Source of the DNA: an uncultured Clostridia bacterium
GTDB lineage: Bacteria; Bacillota; Clostridia; Christensenellales; Borkfalkiaceae
Assembly: GCA_944367955.1 (NCBI GenBank)
Contig: CALVWU010000001.1
Coordinates: forward strand, 2,103 to 66,102
Direction of reading: 5' to 3'
DNA length: 64,000 bases
Shown: piece after piece, positions 18,920 through 26,568 of the stretch
How positions within the stretch are numbered: position 1 is the first letter of the stretch
Layout of the letters: each line of letters opens with the position of its first letter
Notes under the pieces: generated by a model
Seen by the model: only the letters and a program-made list of their open reading frames with translations
Told to the model about the DNA's origin: nothing
The model's database searches: none
Program-made: the position numbers and the translations under genes

Positions 18920-20500
18920 ATGTTACAGGTAAACAACGTATCACTTCAATACGGCAGCAAAAAATTGTTCGAGGACGTAAATTTAAAATTTACAAAGGGC
19001 AATTGCTACGGTATAATAGGCGCGAACGGTGCGGGTAAATCAACATTTTTAAAGGTGTTAAGCGGAGAGATCGAACCGAACAAGGGCGAGGTGGTCATCG
19101 ATAAAACCGAAAGAATGTCGGTATTGCAACAGAACCAGAACGCATTCGACAATGTTACGGTGCTGCGCGCCGTTATGCTCGGCCATAAAAGGCTCGTGCA
19201 GGTCATGGACGAAAAAGACGCCCTGTACGCAAAGCCCGATTTCAGTGAAGCCGACGGCACCCGCGCCGCGGAACTTGAAGGCGAATTCGCCGAATTGGGC
19301 GGCTGGGAGGCCGAATACGAAGCGCAGACGCTGCTTTCCGCGCTCGATATAGGCGAGGAGTGCTATGAAATGCTCATGGCCGACCTCGACGCAAAGCGTA
19401 AGGTGAAAGTACTGCTTGCGCAGGCACTGTTCGGCAACCCCGATATTCTGCTTTTGGACGAGCCTACCAACAACCTCGACATAAAGACCGTGCGCTGGCT
19501 TGAAAATTATCTGCTCGATTTTGAAAATACGATAATAATCGTTTCGCACAACCGTCATTTCTTAAATAAGGTATGTACGCACATCTGCGACGTCGATTTC
19601 GGCAAGATAAACATGATGCCCGGCAACTATGATTTCTGGTACGAAAGCAGCCAGTTGCTCGCGCGCCAGCAGAGAGACATAAACAAGAAGAACGAGCAGC
19701 GCGCAAAAGAATTGCAGGAATTCATAGCCCGCTTTTCGGCCAACGCGTCCAAGTCGCGCCAGGCAACGTCGAGAAAAAAGGAACTTGAAAAACTCACCAT
19801 AAGCGACTTTAAGCCTTCGCTCAGAAAATATCCGTATATCGATTTTAAATACGATAAAGAGATAGGCAACGATATTCTGATGGTGGAGGGGCTTTCCAAA
19901 GAAGGGTACTTCTCGGATGTGTCTTTTACGGTGCAAAAGAACGAAAAGATAGGCATTGTAAGCGACAAGTCGACAACCATTTCGATGTTGTACGACATAC
20001 TTTCGGGTAAAACCCAGCCCGACGCGGGCATTATCCGCTGGGGCAAGACGATAAAATTTTCGTATTTTCCCGAAAACAATAACGAATTCTTTCAGGGCTG
20101 CGAACTCAACCTCGTCGAATGGCTGAGTCAATATTCCGCAGACCATTACGAAGAGTTTTTGCGCGGCTGGCTGGGCAGAATGCTGTTTTCGGGCGAGGAG
20201 GCCTTAAAACAGGCGAAGGTCTTGTCGGGCGGAGAAAAGGTGAGGTGCATGCTTGCGAAAATGATGCTCGAAGGGGGCAATTTTCTCATCTTCGACGAGC
20301 CGACGAACCACCTCGACCTCGAATCCATAACGGCCTTGAATAACGGTATGAAGAACTTTAAAGGCTGCATGCTGTTTACCTCGCACGACCAGGAACTTAT
20401 GAATACCGTGGCCAATAGGATAATAGAGATAAACGGCACAAAAACATTTGACAAAAATGTCTCTTATGATGAATATGTAGACATCGTTACGGCCGATTAA
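18920..20500 (+). CDS. ABC-F family ATPase (YbiT-like length and N-terminus) with degenerate second ATP site
   Basis: Two NBDs and no TMD. NBD1 Walker A is GANGAGKST. The NBD2 P-loop is reduced to GIVSDKST. GGAGG RBS lies in the 17-nt gap after the exporter stop. Confidence 0.88.
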   Translation: MLQVNNVSLQYGSKKLFEDVNLKFTKGNCYGIIGANGAGKSTFLKVLSGEIEPNKGEVVIDKTERMSVLQQNQNAFDNVTVLRAVMLGHKRLVQVMDEKDALYAKPDFSEADGTRAAELEGEFAELGGWEAEYEAQTLLSALDIGEECYEMLMADLDAKRKVKVLLAQALFGNPDILLLDEPTNNLDIKTVRWLENYLLDFENTIIIVSHNRHFLNKVCTHICDVDFGKINMMPGNYDFWYESSQLLARQQRDINKKNEQRAKELQEFIARFSANASKSRQATSRKKELEKLTISDFKPSLRKYPYIDFKYDKEIGNDILMVEGLSKEGYFSDVSFTVQKNEKIGIVSDKSTTISMLYDILSGKTQPDAGIIRWGKTIKFSYFPENNNEFFQGCELNLVEWLSQYSADHYEEFLRGWLGRMLFSGEEALKQAKVLSGGEKVRCMLAKMMLEGGNFLIFDEPTNHLDLESITALNNGMKNFKGCMLFTSHDQELMNTVANRIIEINGTKTFDKNVSYDEYVDIVTAD

Positions 20501-20506
20501 GCCCCT

Positions 20507-20513
20507 TTCGACA
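20507..20513 (-). promoter_or_regulatory. Consensus Spo0A-box (TGTCGAA on minus strand) about 125 nt upstream of spo0A
   Basis: ttcgaca on the + strand is the reverse complement of TGTCGAA. Confidence 0.4.
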
Positions 20514-20636
20514 AAATTTTACAAAATTATATAGAATAAACTAAAATTTTGAATAATATTTTTTACAAAATCGCTTTACTTTTACAAAAATGCATAATAT
20601 AATTTATTTACCATTTCAAATTCGGAGTGAAGCGAT

Positions 20637-21407
20637 ATGAAAACTATTAATCTTTTAATTTTAGACAGCAACGAAGAATTTTTAAAGGAACTGCAAACTT
20701 ATTTCGACGGCGACGAACAATTCGAAGTGTGCGGAGTAAGCGGCAACGGCAATGTGGGCATCAGCCTTATCAATCAGTACAAGCCCGACGTAATTTTGCT
20801 CAATCTCGTATTGAGCGGAATCGACGGGTTCGGAGTCATGGATTACATAAGGCAGAACAGACCGGGAAGCAAAGTGGTGGTCGTTTCAAATTTCGGCGAC
20901 GACAGACTTGTAAATTCGGCCATCTCGCACGGGGCAAGCTATTATTTTGTAAAGCCCGTCACGGCGGAATGCATAGCTCAAAGGATATGCGAACTGGTTG
21001 CTCCCGCCGCGCCGTCTTACAATGTTTTGCCTGAGGTGCGCGATAAGCGGCGCGCCGCATCGGTCGACGAAAAAATCAGCAACATCTTTATTTCGATAGG
21101 CATTCCGCCACACATAAAGGGTTATCAGTACCTGCGCGAAGGCATAAAGATGGCCGTTGAAAATCCTGCGGTGATAAACAGCGTAACAAAGGAACTCTAT
21201 CCCGCAATAGGCAAAAAGTTTGCCACAACCGCAAGCAAAGTCGAACGCGCCATCAGGCATGCCATCGAGGTTGCCTGGAACCGCGGCAGAGTGGACGCCA
21301 TCAACGCCATATTCGGAGTCCGCGTGTACATCGGCAGCGAAAGGCCCACAAATTCAGAGTTTATCGCTCTCGTTGCGGATAAACTCATTCTTGAAGATCT
21401 GATATAA
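20637..21407 (+). CDS. spo0A: Sporulation master regulator Spo0A (atypical receiver: Asn56)
   Basis: Spo0A_C signature HIKGYQYLREGI and TTASKVERAIRHAIEVAWNRG..PTNSEFIALVADKL. An N-terminal CheY-like domain is present. Confidence 0.9.
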   Translation: MKTINLLILDSNEEFLKELQTYFDGDEQFEVCGVSGNGNVGISLINQYKPDVILLNLVLSGIDGFGVMDYIRQNRPGSKVVVVSNFGDDRLVNSAISHGASYYFVKPVTAECIAQRICELVAPAAPSYNVLPEVRDKRRAASVDEKISNIFISIGIPPHIKGYQYLREGIKMAVENPAVINSVTKELYPAIGKKFATTASKVERAIRHAIEVAWNRGRVDAINAIFGVRVYIGSERPTNSEFIALVADKLILEDLI

Positions 21408-21414
21408 ATAAAAT

Positions 21415-21442
21415 GCGAAGCAGACTCAAAAGTCTGCTTCGC
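21415..21442. terminator. 12-bp stem hairpin between spo0A and tRNA-Leu. The T-tract is on the minus strand, so it terminates the tRNA transcript.
   Basis: gcgaagcagact-caaa-agtctgcttcgc. Confidence 0.6.
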
Positions 21443-21451
21443 ACAAAAAGA

Positions 21452-21538
21452 TGGTGCCGCTGACCGGGGTCGAACCGGTATGGTATCGCTACCACTGGAT
21501 TTTGAGTCCAGCGCGTCTGCCAATTCCACCACAGCGGC
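21452..21538 (-). tRNA. tRNA-Leu (anticodon CAA), class II, encoded CCA
   Basis: The reverse complement reads GCCGCTGTGGTGGAATTGGCAGACGCGCTGGACTCAAAATCCAG...GGTTCGACCCCGGTCAGCGGCACCA. Confidence 0.9.
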
Positions 21539-21551
21539 AAAATCTTTATGT

Positions 21552-21580
21552 ATTATACAATAAGACAAAATAAAAATCAA
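21552..21580 (-). promoter_or_regulatory. sigA-type promoter TTGATT-17-TATAAT for tRNA-Leu(CAA)
   Basis: On the minus strand: -35 at 21575-21580, -10 at 21552-21557. Confidence 0.6.
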
Positions 21581-21597
21581 GCATTTTCGGTCACATT

Positions 21598-24153
21598 ATG
21601 GATAAACTCGTTTTAATCGACGGCAACAGTCTTCTGAACCGCGCATTCTATGCAACGCCGGTATTTTCAACCAAGGACGGACAGCCCACAAACGCCATAT
21701 TCGGCTTTGTTAAACTCATGCTTAAAATATTAAGCGACGTCAAACCCGAATATCTCGCCGTTGCGTTCGATCTTAAAGCCCCAACGTTCAGGCATAAGAT
21801 GTACGATGGCTATAAGGCCACGCGCAAACCCATGCCGCCGGAACTCGCCGCGCAGGTAGAACCTTTAAAGAGCCTGCTGTCCGCAATGAAAGTTGCCATG
21901 TTCCAAAAGGAAGGCATCGAAGCCGACGATATCGTGGGAACGCTCTCTAACCGTTTCGACGTGCATAGCTATATCTACACCGGCGACAGAGACAGCTACC
22001 AGCTTGTAGACGACAAAACCGACGTATATTTTACAAAACGCGGTGTAAGCGACCTTGTAAAGCTTGATAAAGACAACTTTTTCGGCGAAGTGGGTCTGTC
22101 CCCCGCGCAGATAGTCGATTTAAAAGCACTGATGGGCGACAAGTCCGACAACATTCCCGGCGTTCCCGGAATCGGTGAAAAATCCGCGCATTCGCTCATT
22201 TCAAAGTACGGCAGCGTAGAGGGAATCTATGCGCACATCGACGAAATTTCAGGTTCGATAGGTCAAAAACTCAAAGACGGCCGGCAGTCCGCCGAGCTGT
22301 CTTATAAGCTTGCTACCATCGACCGAAACTGCGACGTTGAAGCCGAGCTGAATGATTGTATCGCTCCTTACAGATATTCATCGGAAGTAAAAAAGCTGTT
22401 TGTCAAGTTTGAATTTAAAAGCCTGCTCTCTCTGAATATTTTCGATGAGGATGACGGGGCGGATGAGGATTCGAAGCAAAAGCTCGATTATCCCGCCAAA
22501 AGACATATCGAAAATCTTGACGAACTGTACTCGCTGTGTTCGCGCGACGAACGCTTTTTTGTCGAGATAACCCGCGACGACAAGCTTTATATTTACGTTT
22601 CGAACATACAGTACGAGTGTGAAATAAGCCGAAATCTTTTGCAAGGGATCCCCGAAAGCGGAGTAATAGAGGCGATCAATGCAATTTTAAACAATAAAAA
22701 CAGCACCCTTGCGGCCTATGACTTGAAAAAACTGCTGCATGATATAACTTATGAAGGCGGCGAACCGCTGTGCGCAACCGAAGATATTTCGGTTATGAAA
22801 TATCTTGCCGACTTTTTCGATTCAAGCCAGAATCTCGAACAGCTGTGCTATTATTACGGATATGACAATTCGTATCCCGCATACATCTTATATGTAATGT
22901 TCGAAGTCTACCGCAAAAAACTCGACCGTGAGGGTGGGGCCGAACTCTATGAAAATATAGAAAAACCGCTCATATTCGTGCTGTACGATATGGAGCGCAC
23001 GGGGGTGCGCGTCGACAGAAGCCAACTTACTGCTTTTGCCGATGATTATCATAAAAAACTGCTCGCTCTGCAAGAACGCATTTTTGCCATCTGCGGCGGG
23101 CCGTTTAATATAAATTCCCCATCGCAGCTTGGCCAGGTATTGTTTGAAAAGCTCGGCTTGAAATCAGGCAAAAAGAACAAAAACGGCAAATATTCCACGA
23201 GTGCGGAAATCCTTGAAAAACTTGCCGACCAAAGCGAGGCTGCAAGGCTCGTGCTCGAATACAGGCAATATCAAAAACTTCTTTCAACCTACATCGAAGG
23301 TTTCAAGCCTCTTATCGACGGCGGGCTGATTCATACGACTTACAATCAAACCGTTACAATTACTGGCAGGCTTTCGAGCACCAACCCCAATCTTCAAAAT
23401 ATTCCGATACGCGAAGACGAGGGTAGAGAACTGAGAAAACTGTTTATTCCCCGCGAGGGCAACGTATTCATCGATGCGGACTATTCGCAGATAGAGTTGC
23501 GTCTTCTTGCGCATTTTTCGGGTTGCAAAGAACTCATTCAAGCCTACAACGAGGGGCGCGACATACATGCGGTAACCGCGTCGCAGGTGTTCGGCGTGCC
23601 CCTTGAACTCGTAACGCCTAAAATGCGTTCCGAAGCAAAGGCGGTAAACTTCGGTATAATTTACGGCATCAGCGACTTCGGGCTGTCGCGCAATCTGAAC
23701 ATACCGTTAAAAGTTGCGCGCGAATATATCGAAAATTATTTCAAATCGTACAGCGCGGTGCATGAATACATGCAGTCGAATGTGGAATTCGCCCGTCAAA
23801 ACGGCTTTGTTTCAACCCTCACCGGCAGAAAAAGGTATATTAGAGAAATAAATTCAAGCAACTACAACATGAGGCAGTTCGGCGAACGGGCCGCAATGAA
23901 CATGCCTTTGCAGGGATCGAGCGCGGACATAATAAAAATCGCCATGATAAATGTTGTTAAAGCACTGCAAAACGAAGGATTAAAGGCCAAACTTATCCTG
24001 CAGGTGCACGACGAACTCGTCCTCGACTGCCCCGAAGAGGAGGCGCAGAGTGCGGCCGGGCTTTTAAAGCGCGAAATGGAGAACGCCGTTAAATTGAACG
24101 TGCCTTTAAAAGTGGATGTAAACATCGGAAAAAACTGGTATGAAGCAAAATAA
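21598..24153 (+). CDS. polA: DNA polymerase I
   Basis: 5'-3' exonuclease N-terminus (LIDGNSLLNRAFYA). Pol A motifs DYSQIELR, RSEAKAVNFGIIYG and QVHDEL. Confidence 0.95.
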   Translation: MDKLVLIDGNSLLNRAFYATPVFSTKDGQPTNAIFGFVKLMLKILSDVKPEYLAVAFDLKAPTFRHKMYDGYKATRKPMPPELAAQVEPLKSLLSAMKVAMFQKEGIEADDIVGTLSNRFDVHSYIYTGDRDSYQLVDDKTDVYFTKRGVSDLVKLDKDNFFGEVGLSPAQIVDLKALMGDKSDNIPGVPGIGEKSAHSLISKYGSVEGIYAHIDEISGSIGQKLKDGRQSAELSYKLATIDRNCDVEAELNDCIAPYRYSSEVKKLFVKFEFKSLLSLNIFDEDDGADEDSKQKLDYPAKRHIENLDELYSLCSRDERFFVEITRDDKLYIYVSNIQYECEISRNLLQGIPESGVIEAINAILNNKNSTLAAYDLKKLLHDITYEGGEPLCATEDISVMKYLADFFDSSQNLEQLCYYYGYDNSYPAYILYVMFEVYRKKLDREGGAELYENIEKPLIFVLYDMERTGVRVDRSQLTAFADDYHKKLLALQERIFAICGGPFNINSPSQLGQVLFEKLGLKSGKKNKNGKYSTSAEILEKLADQSEAARLVLEYRQYQKLLSTYIEGFKPLIDGGLIHTTYNQTVTITGRLSSTNPNLQNIPIREDEGRELRKLFIPREGNVFIDADYSQIELRLLAHFSGCKELIQAYNEGRDIHAVTASQVFGVPLELVTPKMRSEAKAVNFGIIYGISDFGLSRNLNIPLKVAREYIENYFKSYSAVHEYMQSNVEFARQNGFVSTLTGRKRYIREINSSNYNMRQFGERAAMNMPLQGSSADIIKIAMINVVKALQNEGLKAKLILQVHDELVLDCPEEEAQSAAGLLKREMENAVKLNVPLKVDVNIGKNWYEAK

Positions 24154-24739
24154 AATATATGCCGTAACCGGGGGGATCGGCAGCGGCAAATCGACTGTGA
24201 TGCAGATTATAAAAGAGGCGGGATACGCAACTTTATCGTGCGACCGGATATACGGCGAACTTCTGACCGATGGCGGTTTCATAAAAGGTCTATGCGACGT
24301 CTTCGGTAAAATTACGGACGACAGCGGAAACCTCGATCGTAAGAAACTTGCGGATATTGTATTCGACGACGCCGCGCAACTGAATAAGTTGAACGATTAT
24401 ACCCATCCGCGCATCTATAATGAGATGTTTAAACGGGCAAAAGAGGTAAACGGCATATGTTTTTGCGAAGTTCCGTTACTGTTTGAAAGCGGAGCCGAAA
24501 GCTTGTTCAACGGCGTGATAGTTGTAATTCGCGATGAGGAACGACGGATAAAAAGCGTTACCGAACGCGACAGACTGCCTGAACAGGATGTTAAAAAGCG
24601 TATATCTAAACAGTTTGACTACAACTCTTCTGATTTTGCGATGTATTATGTCATACATAATGACGGTAATTTAACAGAGCTTGAAAGGCAAACGAAAGAA
24701 ATTATTAACAAAATTACTAAAAATGACGTACAACATTAA
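24140..24739 (+). CDS. coaE: Dephospho-CoA kinase
   Basis: P-loop GGIGSGKST. Typical size and position after polA. Confidence 0.9.
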   Translation: MKQNKIYAVTGGIGSGKSTVMQIIKEAGYATLSCDRIYGELLTDGGFIKGLCDVFGKITDDSGNLDRKKLADIVFDDAAQLNKLNDYTHPRIYNEMFKRAKEVNGICFCEVPLLFESGAESLFNGVIVVIRDEERRIKSVTERDRLPEQDVKKRISKQFDYNSSDFAMYYVIHNDGNLTELERQTKEIINKITKNDVQH

Positions 24740-25232
24740 ATTAAGACGATTTAAATACGAAGACGCAGAGGCTTTGGCGTATTTTTGCAACGATGAAGAT
24801 TTGCAGAAGTATCTTTTACTTTCAAAGCTTCCGTACACAATCGATGATGCGTGTGATTTTATTAAATATGCAAAGGATTGCGAGGAAAGCGGCGGCGAGC
24901 AATGTTTTGCCATAACGCTCGACGATAATGTGATAGGCTGTATTTCCTATACCGTGCAATCGGGATGTCATTGCAACAGTGCCTCTGTCGGTTACTATAT
25001 AGGCAAAGAATATTGGAATAGGGGAATTATGCCCGTTGCGGTTAAAAACATTCTTGAAATAATATTTCAAAATACAGCAATTAACAGGGTATTTGCTGAA
25101 ATTTTTGCTGAAAACACGTCTTCCGTGCGTGTTTTGGAAAAGTGCGGTTTTGTGAGGGAAGGATACCTTCGCAACGGCGTAAATAAAGACGGCATCGTTC
25201 ATGATGCGATTTTATACGCATTGGTAAGGTGA
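24723..25232 (+). CDS. GNAT-family N-acetyltransferase (RimJ/RimL-like)
   Basis: GNAT motif A region YYIGKEYWNRGIM and NTSSVRVLEKCGF. Start chosen at Met 24723; the track ORF starts at 24681. Confidence 0.8.
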   Translation: MTYNIKLRRFKYEDAEALAYFCNDEDLQKYLLLSKLPYTIDDACDFIKYAKDCEESGGEQCFAITLDDNVIGCISYTVQSGCHCNSASVGYYIGKEYWNRGIMPVAVKNILEIIFQNTAINRVFAEIFAENTSSVRVLEKCGFVREGYLRNGVNKDGIVHDAILYALVR

Positions 25233-25327
25233 TCTGCGCCGCCTTTATTTTGTCGTATGCGCTTTTTTTGCTTGTTCGGCTTGCATTTATTGCAACATTT
25301 TATTATTAACATTTTACGGAGCAAGCG

Positions 25328-26220
25328 TTGCCTCAACATATAACGGTTTCGGATTATAATGCCGAATGGCCGTTAAAATTTTATAGGGAAAGTCAAGCAA
25401 TTTCTGCGATACTCACCGATAACTGTATCGAAATATATCATATCGGCAGTACTTCTGTTAAAGGACTTTCAGCCAAACCGATAATAGATATAATGTTAGT
25501 TGTAAAAAATCTCGGTGCCGTCGACTGCACGCGCGATAAATTTTCGGCTCTCGGCTATGAGTGGCTGGGAGAGAATTCGCGATGGCGGGCAGAAGATATC
25601 TTCGCAAGGGTGGAGACAATCGCACCCATCAGATACATATTTTTGTGGCCGACGACTGGCGCAATATCCACAGGCACCTTGCTTTTCGCGATTATCTGCG
25701 CATCCACGGCGACGTCTGTAGAAGATACGAGGCACTGAAACGCTCGCTTGCCGCAAAATTCGCATACGATATAGAAGGCTATTGCGAAGGCAAGGACGCT
25801 TTCGTGAAGCGCATCGAAGAACTTGCCGTCGATGAGTTTGATGAAGTGTGGGAACATTTGTATATCGGCGCAAGAAAGGTATTGCAGCCCCGCGCCGTTT
25901 CAAAGTTTATCGAAGCAGGTTCGGTTGCGGCCGCGTTGATGACCGACAGAGGGAATATGTATACGGGCGTCTGCATAGATACCGCATGCTCGCTCGGTAT
26001 GTGCGCTGAAAGAAATGCCGTAGGCAGTATGATAACACACGGCGAACATATTATAATCAAATTGGTCGTCGTTGGTGCGGACGGAAGTTTACTAATGCCG
26101 TGCGGTGCCTGCAGGGAAAATATGATGCAGCTCTGCGGAGAAAAAGGCGATATTGAAATTCTTAAAGAGAGGGGCTGTTACACCGTCGTCGGTCTCAAAT
26201 CGCTTTTACCGGAGTGGTGA
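25328..26220 (+). pseudogene. GrpB-domain / cytidine-deaminase-like (blasticidin-S-deaminase-like) fusion gene interrupted by a frameshift near 25577-25579
   Basis: The GrpB N-half lies in the frame of ORF 25328-25738. GrpB then continues (AGRRYLRKGGDNRTHQIHIF..) in the frame of ORF 25561-26220, which ends in a CAE...PCGACR zinc deaminase domain. Confidence 0.65.
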
Positions 26221-26275
26221 GCGTGAATATTAACAAAATTTAATAGTTTGTGCGCCGTGTAATTTTCTATACGGC

Positions 26276-26315
26276 AAAAACGGAGAGAACGGCATATACC
26301 GTTCTCTCCGTTTTT
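26276..26315. terminator. Bidirectional intrinsic terminator (A5-hairpin-T5)
   Basis: cggagagaacgg-N6-ccgttctctccg, flanked by aaaaa and ttttt. Confidence 0.8.
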
Positions 26316-26399
26316 GGTGCACTCAACAGGAGTTGAACCTGCATGGATCGCTCCACAAGATCCTTAGTCTTGCGCGTCTGCCAATTCCGCCATGAGTGC
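26315..26399 (-). tRNA. tRNA-Leu with anticodon AAG (A34), class II, encoded CCA
   Basis: The reverse complement reads GCACTCATGGCGGAATTGGCAGACGCGCAAGACTAAGGATCTTG...GGTTCAACTCCTGTTGAGTGCACCA. The anticodon stem CAAGA/TCTTG encloses the loop CTAAGGA. Confidence 0.8.
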
Positions 26400-26421
26400 A
26401 TTGATTTTCAAAAGCTTATTT

Positions 26422-26450
26422 ATAATATAATATTTTAAATATATTGTCAA
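26422..26450 (-). promoter_or_regulatory. sigA-type promoter TTGACA-17-TATTAT for tRNA-Leu(AAG)
   Basis: On the minus strand: -35 at 26445-26450, -10 at 26422-26427. Confidence 0.6.
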
Positions 26451-26532
26451 GTCAAAACATTAAAACAAATTAAAAAAATTTTAATTATTTTTAATATTTG
26501 CCGCGGCGCAACGGCGCGTTTGCGCACGGGGA

Positions 26533-26561
26533 TTGACAACGCGGGCTATTGATGATAAAAT
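26533..26561 (+). promoter_or_regulatory. sigA-type promoter TTGACA-17-(TGa)TAAAAT ending 7 nt before the ATG at 26569
   Basis: -35 at 26533-26538, -10 at 26556-26561. No SD. Confidence 0.6.
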
Positions 26562-26568
26562 TATTTAT

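Noticed and set aside
20533-20554. Possible sigH-type promoter (AGAATAA ... GAAT) upstream of spo0A, by analogy with the B. subtilis Ps promoter.
   Set aside because: The spacer between the -35-like and -10-like elements is about 8 nt instead of 11-12, and the -35 has a mismatch in the AGGA core. Not supportable.
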